Part shown: one piece after another, positions 38,928 through 52,910 of the stretch
Layout of the letters: the number at the start of each line of letters is the position of its first letter
Numbering within the stretch: the stretch's first letter is position 1
NCBI GenBank assembly: GCA_002633005.1
Contig: NMRA01000176.1
Span: forward strand, 319,740 to 383,739
From: Phoronis australis
Taxonomy: Eukaryota; Animalia; Phoronida
DNA: 64,000 nt
Direction: 5' to 3'
Program-made: the position numbers and the translations under genes
Notes under the pieces: generated by a model
What the model saw: the letters and a program-made list of their open reading frames with translations, nothing else
What the model was told of the DNA's origin: nothing
Database searches by the model: none

Positions 38928-40975
38928 GATAAGTCTGCATATTTAGCTAAATATCTACAAAACAATAGATTTTAACTCAGTAAAAGTAGATACTTTTATA
39001 AAAGTGGAAAGCCTCTAGAATTTGCTTTTATTTCTTGTTATCAATCTGCCATTAATTGGGCCACGTTACCATATCTTTTAGTAAAATTTAGCAAAATATA
39101 AAGGTACATTGATATTGAAAGAACAGTATCAATAACATGATCAAAATTTATTTTGATAAATATAAGTTCAAGGTGAGAACTCAAAGACTCTGTTACAATC
39201 TAAAACATCACTTCGCTTTCGCTTTATGCAACATACAGTTTTCGCATGAAAATCACAAAGATCCTCATGAAAAAGTGGAACATTTCACAAACAAGTCCGA
39301 ACAGCGTTTTAGAGAAAAGTCCATGACACATGATATCTGAAAGTTTCGTATGATGTTTCGAAATTAGCCAATTGTGGATATTTTGCTTGGGTCCTTCACC
39401 TTGCTGTAACTTCCGGTGGCGGGCATGTTGCTGCACGTGATGTGCGCTAACGGGGTCGTCAGCTTACTCACGTAACCCAAGATCTTGCGTAACATTAACA
39501 TGATGACGATTCGCTCGTGAGTTACTGAATCCATCCCTGATCCTCAGCTTTTCATCACATTTCGTTTTCTGGAGCACCGGCAGCAAACGATGTGAATACT
39601 CGTTAATGATAAAATTAATCGAGTGTGGATACAATGCATGAAGCTGAACTCTATCCGTCTCTGAATAAATGATTAAGGTTATGCAGAACTCTTGAAAACG
39701 GCTAAATTTTGTTGATCTCTAGAACATCATATTTCAGAAATGGCCGATAGGATTCATATGAAACTGTCGCATTCGATGTATTTATACACTGTTCTATGTA
39801 TTTATACACTTTTTTAATGTTTATTACGAAATCTTCAGAATACAATGAATATACATAACCCAGAAAGCGCCAAGAGGCATTAGATCTGGGTAAAAAAATA
39901 CAAAGAAGTCTATATACAATGATTATATACGAATACATAAATAAAAAAACTGTTGTTAAGAATACAATGATATATGACAACGAATGAAAATAATTCGTTT
40001 TCATACACATGCATAAAATTCTATCCACTCACACAAAGAGATTTAATGTTATAAAGAAATTCTGATACTATTTCAAATAAAACCTTATTTTCGTTTGAGT
40101 TAAGTTCTTGACATCCATATAGAAAGAAATTAATTTTGCTGTACAATTGCGGAATTTCAGAATATTGTTTATAAACATTGGGGTATTTATACACTGTTCT
40201 ATGTATTTATACATTGTTCTATGTATTTATACACTGTTCTATTTACTTATATAGTGTTCTATGTATTTATACACTGTTCTATGTACTTATACACTGTTCT
40301 ATGTATTTATACACTGTTCTATGTATTTATATAGTGTTCTATGTATTTATACACTGTTCTATGTACTTATACACTGTTCTATGTATTTATACACTGTTCT
40401 ATGTATTTATACACTGTTCTATGTATTTATACACTGTTCTATGTATTTATACACTGTTCTATGTATTTATACACTGTTCTATGTATTTATACACTGTTCT
40501 ATGTATTTATACACTGTTCTATGTATATATGCACTGTTCTATGTATTTATGCGCTGTTCTATGTATTTATACACTGTTCTATGTATTTATACACTGTTCT
40601 ACAAAACGCCATTAAGAATTGCGTTTGAAATGTTTCGGTTTTGCATGGGGTGTTATGAAACAATAGGAATTTTATGCTTTTCATGAAAACAAAAGTAGAA
40701 AACGAAATAACTTTAAAATCTTTTACAGCTTTTTTGAGATTTCGTCTTGAACATTTATATCAAATTAAATTTGGTCACGTTATTGATACCGTTGTTTCTC
40801 TATGAATGTAATTGTCTTTTTTTCATCTTTTTCTATAAAGATATGCTCACGTGACCCAATTAATGGCAGGTTGGCAAAAATAGTTTCTACTAGAGTTAAA
40901 CTTTCAGAAAAAAATACATTTAAAGAGATAAAATCTACAGCTTTGTAGACATTTGGCCAAATACACAGACCTGTC
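38928..40975. mobile_element. ~2 kb non-autonomous DNA element with long imperfect TIRs
   Basis: Left 'gataagtctgcatatttagctaaatatctaca...tgccattaattgggccacgt' mirrors right 'acgtgacccaattaatggca...tgtagacatttggccaaatacacagacctgtc'. Related single arms at ~47990-48285 and ~63605-63960. Confidence 0.75.
40181..40600. repeat. 20-bp minisatellite (ATGTATTTATACACTGTTCT) x ~21
   Basis: Near-perfect 20-bp periodicity visible in the sequence. Confidence 0.98.
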
Positions 40976-43008
40976 GGTAAGGTTCTAGCCCGAATGCTTC
41001 ACGCCAACGGTTTTACCAACAATGCACCTGGTGTTAACATTTCACGCGCCTCAACACTCACTGAGTAGAATTTATTTTCCGGGAAATAAGCTTTTAAAAC
41101 ATTTTACAAAGTTTGGTCTCGGTAAGAAATCAACTGGTCAGCCGCAATTTTCTCTAAAAGGTACCACTTTCAGAAAGTGCTCCAAAAATTTAATTTTTTC
41201 AACAAATTCCTAACTTTTCTCGTGAAACTGATTTCAGGCAAGCTGCAAGAAAGTCTGTGAACGTTAACTAGTCAATGTATTTGTAATCAATTTAATCATT
41301 CACAGATATTGTAACAAAGTTTATCAGTTGAGCATTCCCAAAGAAGGAACATCGCCAATCCGCTTGGCCGCGATAGGGGCGACCTCGCTCAGCGACAATC
41401 TGTGTGTTTGGCTCTTCGGTCAACCTTGTTGTCGAAAAAGTTTGGTGATAACACACATCACACAGGAGAAAGACTATAGGACACAGGAGACCGCAACCAA
41501 GCCATAAATAATGAATAGCGGGTCCTACATATCGATGCGATAACTTAAAGATGTAGACTAGCTCCTAACAGAGACCAGACAGTTCCTATCTATTCTGGCT
41601 CATGACTGGTCGTGAAAATGACGTCAAATCGCTAAGCAACAATGGCTCGCCGTCACATTAAAGTGCATTGAGTAATCCCCGTAAACGATAATTTTGTTTT
41701 GTTTTTGATTTCTCTTTGATGTCTGCCCAGTATCGACAACACGCGAATGTATAACCTCACGCTCCACACATACTGTGCCGATGTCAGTTGATTGTGAGTG
41801 CGCAGCACAGCAAACAGTACAGTACTATACAGTGTACCTGTGTACACTTCGTGTGAAGGGATACTTACAAATAATTCGTCGTGTACAGAATAATAAAATA
41901 ACAAAGAATGTTTAATGCGATAGTAACGACATTCGTCAAGTTAGTCAATCGCGTGACTTTTAAAATAGAGAAGTCACTATGTGCAGGTAGGCCAACGTGA
42001 TTGTATTTTCGACCGGGATTACACTTATCCAACTGCACGCTGAAGGTCAGAGCGAGGCTAACCAAGCTGTAGCTTGATAATTTAGCACAGTTCAGCGGCA
42101 GGCAAAAAATCATCAAACCCAATGAACGGTTTTAGATATCACATTACCCTCAACGCAAGCAAATAACTGCATGTATTAACTTGAATTGGCCAGATCAGTT
42201 ATTGTTAATAAACATCTTTCGCCACACCTGCCTAGTTTCATTTCATTAGTTTGTGTCGTCCTTCTTCCGCGTCAGATCGACACTCCCAAGATACGTTTTA
42301 GTGGCTCGCGCCTTTGTTTTAAGTACATACTGGCTCCTTGAAAGACTAAATATTAATTAATGAGTTAGTTCATTGTAAATACAGATCGGATTTGTTTCCT
42401 CTATCTGTCATCATTATAATAAATGCATTTTTTAAAATTTATTGATATGGAAGTAAAGAAACGAAAAAAGGCAACAGGCTATTAAATGCTACAACAAAGG
42501 CATTTTTATAATGTAAATGTCTCAGGGATGTCGATTTTGTCGCATCCAGGTGAAGTCTATGTGCTTATAGACTCTAGTTTGTAAAACCAACAATTAACGA
42601 TTAAATTGCGTTTCAATAAAGAATTTAAAGTAGCTGCAAAGGGCTACTTATTCGTGGAATCTCCTGACAAGGGTTGCTTTTGTATGAGCGGCGCACCATA
42701 GGGGCCTGGGGGGGCTATGGCCCCCACTTTTTTCAGTGCTTCGCCGCGCATATTTTTTCATTGTCTACTCTAGAGTTGCACAACAGTACATGTAAATCAA
42801 TGAATAACAAACTAGGCCTACAGGCAGATGCCAATTTCAAAAATTAAATGTTTTCTCATCGGTGAGAAAATTCCGTTACATGAGGGTATGTCTTTAACAG
42901 TTTGACTTACATGTAGCTATACGTAAATGATATTCAGCAGTTTGAGAAACAACGCAGTGTATAAATGAATATAGGACTCACGGACACAACCAGAAAGCAG
43001 TTGGCGTA

Positions 43009-44831
43009 CCCATTTTCACCCCGGCCAACCCGCGATTGAGAACGACCGGAAGGCGATCGAGAACGAAATTTGGCGCGAGAAGCGAAGCCAGGCAAGGTGA
43101 GTAAATTTGATGAATTTTCGTTGTTTTTACTTCCAATGTGAAAACAGACACGAGTTCAAGGCGTAACACATTGAGGAAGGGCAGGTAGAGGTTTAGGCTA
43201 GTGTCTTTTTCAATTATAGGAGAAAAGTTATGTTGACTGAGGCATCGCTTAAGCAGAAGGTGAATTATATGTCATTTTGGCAAATTGCCGTTATTTTTGG
43301 CACTAAACCGATAAATTGACCATAAAGTTATGAAGAAATGACGCGTGAAAATATAACGCAACGCTTGTTTTTTTGGTAGTTTTGTCAGAATCTCTGATTT
43401 TTCTACGCTTTTCTGCTGAAAGATGTGATCGAGAGAGCAACGATAAGCGATCGGGAACGCAAATTTGTGTTTGTTTATGCGATCGGGAACGCATCGTGGT
43501 GTGTCGAAAAGTAATGAACTTTTTACTTATAAAACGTGAAAAGGTTACAAAATAAGTGTGGTGCAATGAGTTAAACACATTTTGTGTCATTACAGTGTTA
43601 CTTTCGTATCAAAACTGAACAACAGCATAGCACATTTCCATTAAATTGCCATGAGCACATGTACATGTACATCAAGCATAATTTTAGTTTCACAAATGAA
43701 TTTATTTTCATTTCAGGAAACAAGTTTACTGTTATTGTGAGGCAAGCTTCAACGAACCTGTTACCCACGACGTGAAAGTACACCCTACCAGGGTTTTGAA
43801 AAGTACAGAAAGGAGTGTCCTCGTGCTGTGACGCAGTGTAGCATCAGGCTCACTCTTTCCGTGAAACATTGATCACAGACAGGACACTGAATCGCTTGGT
43901 TCCTGAGCACGATGATTCATGCTGCGTTCTACTATATTGGTAAAAAAACTCTTGACGCATGCAATCCGTCAATCACAGGGCTGGTAGTAAAGGTCTTGCT
44001 TTGTTGTAGTGTCACTGTACTTTATTGCCATGTCGATTTCTTAGTTCCTGAACGAGGCTCCACAACACACACTCCAGACGTTGTGACATGCAGCAGTTGT
44101 ACTACTCTTTTTTGAAGGCGTGGACGTGAACACCTTGAAGGACTCGTCATGTGGCTACAGTTCAACTGAAAAATTCAAACGCATTAAGTTACGTTTGTTA
44201 GGCTAAATCTCACTTAGAAATAATGAAAAAAACGATGAAATGTAATGGTCAACAAATCAACTAATTCAGGCTTCGCATTATTATAAAATTATTGACATAA
44301 TACCGAACTTGAACGAGTATCCAGGCCAATGCAGAGAAAAAAATGTGCGTTCACGATCACCATAGAGAATTAACGACGTCGTTCCCGATCGCCGTCCCAC
44401 ACAAGAACCTGCTTGTTTTGGTAAATATCTCAAATTGTTTCACAAATCATAACTAACAAAGGTGTCACCAGGGACGATTAAACTATGAACGTCACACGTC
44501 TCTTCTTAAGAACCCTGGAATATTGCTAATAACAAGTAGAAATTGTCGATTTTACGAGGCGCAAGGCATTTTACCGAAAGCCATTGCTTTCTGAGCTCTT
44601 TATTTTAAAAAATAAGAAAAAGTCAAGTATTATTTCAGATCCACAACAAAGGTTACACTCTGACGCTTTTCTGTGTGTAGCATTTGTACCAAATTAGCCT
44701 CTATTTAAGCAGAAAATGACACTTAAACTCAACGGGTACGTCACTGTCGTCTGCCATTTTTGGTGCAAAGTCTCGTTTTCGATCGCCTTCCGGGCGTTCT
44801 CGACCGCGGGTTGGCCGGGGTCATTTTAGGG
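43009..44831. mobile_element. 1.8 kb non-autonomous TIR element with CCC...GGG ends (possibly CMC/EnSpm-like)
   Basis: ~70-bp TIR 'cccattttcaccccggccaacccgcg.ttgagaacg.ccggaaggcgatcga' mirrored at 44765-44831. Internal 'gatcgggaacg' repeats at ~43448, ~43481 and (inverted) ~44380. Confidence 0.75.
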
Positions 44832-45931
44832 CCTACGCGCGCATTTTCTTTCAATTACTGTGCTTGCCCACCCCTTCCGTGACGACACCCTGGGTTTCTA
44901 CTGGTGTGTCGGCGCTGGTGGCAAAAGTCACCTACAGTGGTGTCGAGGTCTCGTCATCGAATTTGGGGTGAATCTACGATACAGGTGAATAACCCACTTA
45001 CGCCGCGAGCAAGTTACTATCAGCAGTTTTCGTCACGTGTCAGTTTCCTTGCTGTATTACTGGGAGTAGAGAGAAAAAGACCGTCGCACTATAGTATGGA
45101 TAAGAAATACGATTATCGTGTCGTATTCTGTAATGAGGTGTAGCGCCGGTCAAAGATGTTAAACGATGTCTATTCTAGTTTCGCGGTTGCACACTCCGTT
45201 AGAAATACTAAAGCACCCCGGGAGTCCCGGTTACCATTTCGTATTCGAATCAATATTGAATATTTATCTTGAGGTTCACATCTTCGGCCCGAGGAACTAA
45301 ACATACATAGTCGGCATCAGACAGTGACCACTGATTAGGTCGTAAATAAATCAACCGAGGGGATCTAGAAAACATTGCGAGTCGGTGAAGGTTTGCGTGG
45401 AAACAGACGGTGATTGGGCCTTTCTGGCCAAAAGGGAAAGGTACGGCATGAATAGTACTTGAATTTAAAATAATAACCTTTTATCTGGTCATACGCCGTG
45501 ATTTTCGGAAACTAACAAAAGAGACGGTAGACCAATAAGTGAGGCTCAGTTTTGGCTGTCGTGGACATCCAGCGTTCCGCTATATGATTACTTCTCTATT
45601 TGCAAGAACGTTTTACTGATAAAATGTCAATGCTTTTTAACTTAGGACAAGATGGTGGAAAGGAAGCGATTCATGACTGCACCTTTAAAATCCGACTTCC
45701 GATCCCCTAAACTCCACTCCCTTACTAGACAATGGCCATCGTCTCTGCTGGCGCCAGAGGCGACGGTCATTGTCTACTCCCTGACCAGCAAACACCAAAC
45801 CCGCGGCTCAAAGTCCATGCCCGCACCCCATCAACCCCCACACATACCTACATTTAAAATACTCTATACCTGGTGACCAAACTCTTTACGTGGGATTTGG
45901 TCTCCGGCCGGATATGGAGTTTGGTCACCAT

Positions 45932-46366
45932 TGCCCGGTTGCATGAAACAGTCCCAAAGAGGAATTCAGCTAAGTTCTCTAAATCTACTGCATGTTTGTG
46001 GACTTGTGAAAACACTCTCTGTCCTTTCGTTTGGTGTTTTAGTTTCACTATTTAGTCAATGTTTGGCTTTGATGCTAAGCGAGAGTGAATTTTACGTCAA
46101 AGTTTCAATATCAATAAAAATAATTAGATATCTATTCATGCAACTCCCCTAACTTAAGGGTTAAGTCCCCACTTATTTTCATGGAACTACGGGCTCAGAT
46201 TTTAGTTATATTGTTAGAAAATGTAATCAGTCAAAAAGAATCTCATAATGAAGATAAAAAGATAGTGTGGAAAAATTACATTGATAAGAAAAGAACCACA
46301 GAAATATGCAGAAGATTTAGGGAGCTTAGTTGAGTCTCTATTTGGACTGTTTCATGCAACCGGGCA
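45932..46366. mobile_element. MITE, PIF/Harbinger-like
   Basis: ~70-bp TIR 'tgcccggttgcatgaaacagtcc...ctaagttctctaaatct.ctgcat' with its reverse complement at 46296-46366. Confidence 0.8.
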
Positions 46367-47989
46367 CAGGTGTGCATTTTTAGGTGCCTATGTGCTGTTG
46401 ACAGTATTCGATCTGAGCTCAGATAGGCCTGCATTAGTCTATCTAGAGTCTGAGTAAAGAACACGGATTTAGTTTCAATCATTGCAGACCGTTCTTCGTA
46501 TGCCATTCATTATAGGTCTATCTCTTCAGAATAACAATGATTATTGCCAGAGTTACATATAATTCCATGAACGGGAAGTTTACATCGATCTACTCTGTGG
46601 TCTACGAAAGAAGCCTGGTCTATGAATCTCTGTCAACAGGGATGTTTTGAGGACCACTCTTACTTCCGTTGTCTTCTTCAAATATACATGTATTCTACAG
46701 TCTGTTATTAGTTCCCTTGAGACTCGAGCTGTCGTGGTCAGTTAGCAGCAGCAAGCGCATATGTAAATCATTGTTCGTTTACTTTATCTTCGAAATGGAT
46801 GATTTTCCGGCCAGGCAATGATACGCAAATGAAAAATCGAAAACACAATTAGTAAAGATTACAGTCGAATTACGGAGAGTCTGAGTGGCCTCATTACATG
46901 TACATCAGAGACTGCTTTGAAACTGACGGTTCAAAAGAATCCACGGAATAGCAATGTGTAGGAAAAATCCCTTTGGATGAATTTTCAATGCCGAGTATTC
47001 CAATGCTGGATCGTTTCGTGGATTAGTGCTTGGAGTGGTTTTCCTTGGTAATGAACATCGAAATGTCTTGATTGCGTTGCCAATTAAGCTTAACATTGTA
47101 TTCACGAATTCGATTTGCAGACATCGTTAGGGACACTATTCAACGCTTTGTGTAGGTAAGGCATTATACCACACGTTGGTCAAAATGGTTCCATCGTGGA
47201 CTCGTGACCGTTATTAATGTCATTATATTTGCCTTTCTTCCGCCGCATTGTCATCGCCATCGTCATCAATTTCACAATCACCATGATTGCCAGATTCTTC
47301 ACGTGTGCCACCTTTTCATCGTCAATGTCGCCACTCTCAAACTCTCCATTGTTATTCCTTTTTTCATATCATGTCCATCGTTAGCTATAGAAAAATTGCG
47401 TGCTGTGTGTAGTTTCTTAGTGTGGACACGAGTTTCTCGATTAGTATTGCAGTCTATGTCACAAAAAGTTTTTAAGGCAATTTTATGATTACTGGCTTAC
47501 TGTCGTCTGCACCAATCCTGTTCTCTTTAACATCATGCAACGACATCTTTGAAGACTACTGTTTCGGTTCAAAGTTTGTTGTGGAACTCCTTTGTTTATT
47601 TTTATTTTCATGTACTTAAAAGTGCGAATTAGCGTTCCTAATTGCAACTATAGAGCCTTGTATACTGAATGGTGTTCATTGGCTGCTTTACGTGGAAGGT
47701 TCGTAGCCGCTAATCAGTTCGTGACTTCGGTTTTACCTAATCAGCGCTGTGTGGTGTTTTGATAATTTCACCAAAACAACTGGTTCTTCGCTGACCTGAT
47801 ATTGTATAATTACTACGTCTGTTGAGAGTCAAACAGCGTTATTAAGGTTATTAACGCCCCAGAAAATGTTCAAAATTGGCAGAACGTCGTATGTCAGAAT
47901 AAGCTGATTGCATTCTTATTAAACTTTCAGATACTATGCTCTGTGCACTGTTTCCAAAATGCTGTTTGGAATTGTTTTTAAAACGTTCC

Positions 47990-48285
47990 ATTTTTGCATG
48001 AGGAGCCATAAAATATAAGACTTCTATATTTTCATAAAAAATAGGTTGTATAAAACCAAATGGAAATGGTATTTTAGAAAAATGTTAGAGTATTTTTGAG
48101 ATCTTATCTTGAACATTTATGTCGAAGAAAAATTGATCATGTTATTGATGTAGCTTTCGCTTTTGCTACATTTTGCTTAATGGCTGATTGGTAAAACGCA
48201 AAAAAGTACAGAATTTTTACTTTTAGAAATTTTAAGTTAAAATCTGTAGTTTTATAGATCTTTGTCTAAATATACAGGCTTGTCG
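47990..48285. repeat. Solo right arm of the 38928-40975 family
   Basis: 'tttttgagatcttatcttgaacatttat...catgttattgat...aaatatacaggcttgtc' matches 40730-40975. Confidence 0.7.
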
Positions 48286-50927
48286 TACAAAACCTTAAGC
48301 TACAGCATATCAACACAGAAGATCTTTTGGTTAGAAGTGCGAGGTCTTCTCTACAACGGTCGATTAATTCGCCTCATTAGAAAATCGGCTCGTTTCACAG
48401 TGCCCTGTACTTTGTCAATCGACATTTAAAAGAACCGCTGCAGACAATCCATGGCCATGGCATTGTCAGGCATGGTGACCTAAGTTGGCGTAAAACAGGG
48501 CAAGTGTCCGGTGAGCAATGACTTCAATAGCACTGTCTCCTCTGAAGTGCATTAGGTAATTGACCTGAGTGCTTTTGAAAACTGCTCTCCGTCTGGAATT
48601 AAAATTAAACGGGAGATGTTTCAAATGCAAAGCGTTAGTCAAGCGCTCCAAACTGTTGAGGTTTGGTGACGGTTACTGAGCATTGTTCTGTTTCAGATGT
48701 TTTGGTGATCTAGTTGTGATCAATACCTGTTAATAGCACACACTCGTTGCACTATTTTCGCCAATTTAGAGCACAGAGACAGTTTCATCATTTAAGAGAC
48801 ATCGTTAAAATAGCAAATTAGAATCTCGTATGCTGTTCCGTTTTTTCACTGGAAGTTGAGAAAATGAAATTCAATACCGTACAACTGCGGCCGCCATTTC
48901 GTTGCTGCACCACCAAAAATCAAAAATTATTTTGAAAATTTCATATTTGATTACTCTTTATTGAAAACATTTGGTTACATGTTATCGTTGGAGCTGCAAG
49001 AGCGTTAATTGGGATTTCGGAATAACTTTAAACTCGGTTGTTTTGTGGTTGAATCCCGGCTTTACTAAGTTTTTAATTAAAAAAGAAGCTTTGTGTTTAA
49101 CAGGCGAAAGCATGGTTTAATATTCGTTTAAAAACAGAAAGCACTACCGGTGATAGCAAATATGTTACTCGTTTTTGTTTGCGTTGCTTTGATTGAGAGT
49201 TTCACTTTCTCCTAACCTGTTCCCGTGAGTTACGTTACGTACGTTTTCCATAACATCTTGGTTCCAGCACTCTGGCCACGCGAGGGCGCTCAGACGGAAT
49301 GTAAAGGCGCGTCAGATTTGTCCACCAGAATTGACCTCCGTTACAAACATGAGGTTTTGTGAACTATAAAATTCCGTGAATTTCAGGTCAGTCTTGATTC
49401 ACAGTAACGTGTACAATTAATTGCCGCGTTCCTAATTCGCTTGACTATTACTAATTTAGTTAGGATAAAATACGTGTGCCAGATTCCATGTCCAGTTTGA
49501 ATTGAATTTTGGATCTGGAAACTGGTTAACGTTTTCGCATAGATACTCATTCAACGACAAAAATTGACTCGCTTTAATATACCGAGCGACATTTCATGGT
49601 TTGTGAGACCTGTTTAACTGCCGGTCAGCCTACTGTCTGAAGGTTGATAGATTTAGAGTGTCCACTCACCGACTGAAGTTTATTCAATTCAAAGTTATAC
49701 TATCTAAAACGTCTTCTAGAACACTTGGTTTTATTGAGTGTCCTCCGCTCGTTATTGCCTGTTGTCAGAATGGTGATGAAGTTACACTTTGGCCAGGTTT
49801 TCGAGACGGTAATTTTCAGTATGCAGGAGGCTTATCGAAACTCTTTAGCTGCAGTAACTGAAATCTATTACTTGGCAACTTGAAAACACCAAAGACCTCA
49901 TTTAACACGCAAAAATGGGTTATGACCGATTATATTAAAAACTATTGATTTAAGGTTTTCTACTTGGGCAAATTCATCAGGATAGCGTGGAGGAAATGAG
50001 ACTGCTAAATTTATTTTCTACTCAAAGTTACTGATCTATTCATGGTTGGGCTTCTGACGTATATGTATATTGTACATCTGTTTGATTCGGGACACACATA
50101 GAACATAAATGAAATTCGTGACGTGGACTGGGTGAATAGAAGTTATTGTTAGCATGAGATTCGACATATTAGCTCAATTGTAATGACTTGTTTGGCAGCA
50201 TTCAGTAAGTGGTGAGGCTTAACTCGCTTAAAGATTGTCGGCTGAGATTGGTTTGCCTCCTGTTGTTTCCGCGTGAGTAGAACAACACTGCTGGAATTTA
50301 GAGAAGGCCTGCGTGCACATTAGACCACTGATTTAAGATGTGCATCACAAGGCAAACTCATTAGCGGCATTTTGTAATCAGAATCTACACAAGGAATTAT
50401 CGTGCAATCGCACGGCATTTAAGCGTGGTTAACAACTTAATAATGTCTAGTTTGGATTAATCGTGCAATGCAAAAATCTTCATTGAGTTCAAATTAGTAA
50501 CGATTTAAGTGGTCAGTTACTGAGACAGATATAAAAACAACTTGTGAGATGTGTGTCTATGACTGTGACATTCACAGGTTTTTGCTTGAGTTAGTAAAAC
50601 GTCTCAGAAAATATATTTCACTTCGCTGTGTCGTTCATCAACCGAAAATTGAAAATAGACTAAACTGTAGATAATCCAGATAAGCTTTTTTGGTACCTGA
50701 ACCCGGATGAGCCACCTGCCCACGTCTGGTGCAACGTAAATCAGGCCACCTGCACTGTTTTAAAATTGTTTAGTAGGTTTTCCAAAAAGAAAAATCAAAA
50801 CGACAGGCCACTAACCCTACAAACCGCTCTCGAAATCTTCTTCACCGTGACAGAACTTCACATGCGGTGTCACGAAGACCTGACACCCAGAATATTTACC
50901 AGTCATGAATACGCTTTAGGAAATGGC

Positions 50928-51405
50928 TAGACAGTACCACCGTCTCATTTGGCCACAGTCGAGGCGGTGGCCATCCCATAGGCCGTTCCCTGATACGCCA
51001 GAAGCTTTTCGGCGAATTATGCCTCACACTGCCAAGCTATCCTCAAGTTCCTATAAGTACCGTTGTCACATAAAGGGACACCTTAGGAGGCTGTTGGCGT
51101 CTTTAACTCTTCCCAGGTCGAACATATACTGTTGCAATCAAAGATTTTTCGATTAGTCCTTCGTTCAGTTGCCCAAATCGGTCATTTCAGTGCTCACGCC
51201 AGGGGATGTGACGTCAAATCCCCCGGCGCGAGCACTGTGAAAATGGCCAGTTGCCGATTTGGGCAACTGAACGATGGACTGTTCTAAAAATTTTGATTAC
51301 GGGAGAATTTTAATTAAAATTTGCTGAAAAGCTTCAGGCGTATGGAGGGTTTATGGGATGGCCAACGTCTCTACCGCCAGTTGAGACTGTCGGTGGTACT
51401 GTCTT
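50928..51405. mobile_element. Foldback MITE, copy 2 (Academ-like)
   Basis: TIR 'tagacagtaccacc' / 'ggtggtactgtct'. Inner arms 'cgttcagttgcccaaatcgg' / 'ccgatttgggcaactgaacg' are centred on TGACGTCA at 51209-51216. Confidence 0.8.
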
Positions 51406-51654
51406 GGAAATTGCAGGACTGCCTAAGCCCTCCTCCGAAATTCAACTCTTTTAAATCCTCGTTGGTTAACTCAGTTTCAACTGAATGTTAAAGCCGTTGC
51501 TAGCTAGGCAAGAATGTTTTATGTCACATTTGATACCGTTAAGGGCCTAATCGAAATGATACGTTTTTCAAAGACACAATCCCAAATGTTTTGCATATAG
51601 GTACATTGCCCAAAGATACGCACATAGGAGCAGTCGTTTAGAAGAATTCAACTC

Positions 51655-52635
51655 ATAGGCGGATTTAGGGCCCCCCCCCCCTTGGCTGCCGCAAAAAGTA
51701 TAAAACAGCAAGAGCGTAGGGAAATGTTGAGTTTATTAATTAACCCCGCTAACTATCATTATACGTCTGAAGCAAGATTTAAATATGTGCAGGTTTAGGG
51801 CGGGGGGGCCTCAGATCCAATTTCAAGTGTCAAATTCGGAACACGGGGCAATCGTAACGGAACTATGGCAAAGTACATGTATAGGCTCTCCCACGATATC
51901 CCAGACGACCGGCAGTGGCGCTGCGCACTACGACTCCGCTACCGTCGTCTGCTTTACTGTGCAATGAAGAAAGTTTTTCTTCATTTTTAAAAAAAATGGA
52001 ATTTGAGTGACGATGAAAACACAGAAGCTGCTGGTAAGATGTGAATTTTAATCGAAGCCTTAGTGAATCACTCAGAAACTCATAATTCTCTCTTTGTATT
52101 AAGACGATTTCCAAAGCAATCGCGTCATTAATGCCTACACAAAAAACGGATTTGTTCTTTTGGGCAATTGAAGACTATTTTAAATACAACAAATTTGTTA
52201 CGACCTGATTGCACAAAATATAAAAAGTGTAATAAGCATTACAAAAAGAAGTAGGTTTCGCGCGCAAACGCTGTGGACCACAAACAAGTGCTCTTAGACT
52301 CAAACCACTAGAGAAGTCGTGGTGGTGCAGTGTAAAGCATGCACACTGTAACCACCAGGTCGTGAGTTCGAGCTTGTAGTATTGGCAGTTTTTCAAGTTT
52401 GACTCCTGCTCCGTTTTTTTCCTTTGCCTTTTATTCTTGGATAATACTTCAGGAATCAAGGAAAATGATTTATTTTTAGAGGAAAAAACAGAAAAATTTT
52501 CCTTGCGGGAGGGGGGCAAACCCCCCTCCCGACCTCCCCTCATTCGGTGCTATGCGCATCTACAATCGTGCTTTGCGCAAATGTTTACATACAAAAGGTT
52601 GGGCCCCCCTCAGTAATATCCTAGATTAGCCACTG
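51655..52635. mobile_element. Non-autonomous DNA transposon with GC-rich ends (CAGTGGCGGAT-type TIR)
   Basis: Left 'cataggcggatttaggg', right 'cctagattagccactg', with G/C-run subterminal hairpins. Similar ends at ~30380-30730, ~42685 and ~63033. No TSD seen. Confidence 0.5.
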
Positions 52636-52910
52636 AAACTGCATGTACATTTCAGAAGAAGTAGTAAGTACACTTGATTGAATCTGACGGTTCAACAAGG
52701 TAAGACATCTCATTGAGTTGTCGATGACGACTTCCGGCTTTTAAACCACACCGGCGATGACAATATATGCAAGTGCGGCCTAAGATAAATTTACCAAAAA
52801 AACTCCTCCAGAAAGGTATCATTCCCTGCTTGGGTATGAATCCTGAGAATCGATTAACCCTTCCACTGAACGTGGAATGAGAACAGTGTTCATTTGGTTA
52901 AAAGTAAATA

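Noticed and set aside
40178-40686. Three overlapping Cys/Tyr-rich ORFs, or a CRISPR-like array
   Set aside because: Translations of a 20-bp minisatellite with no unique spacers, in a eukaryotic context with no cas genes.
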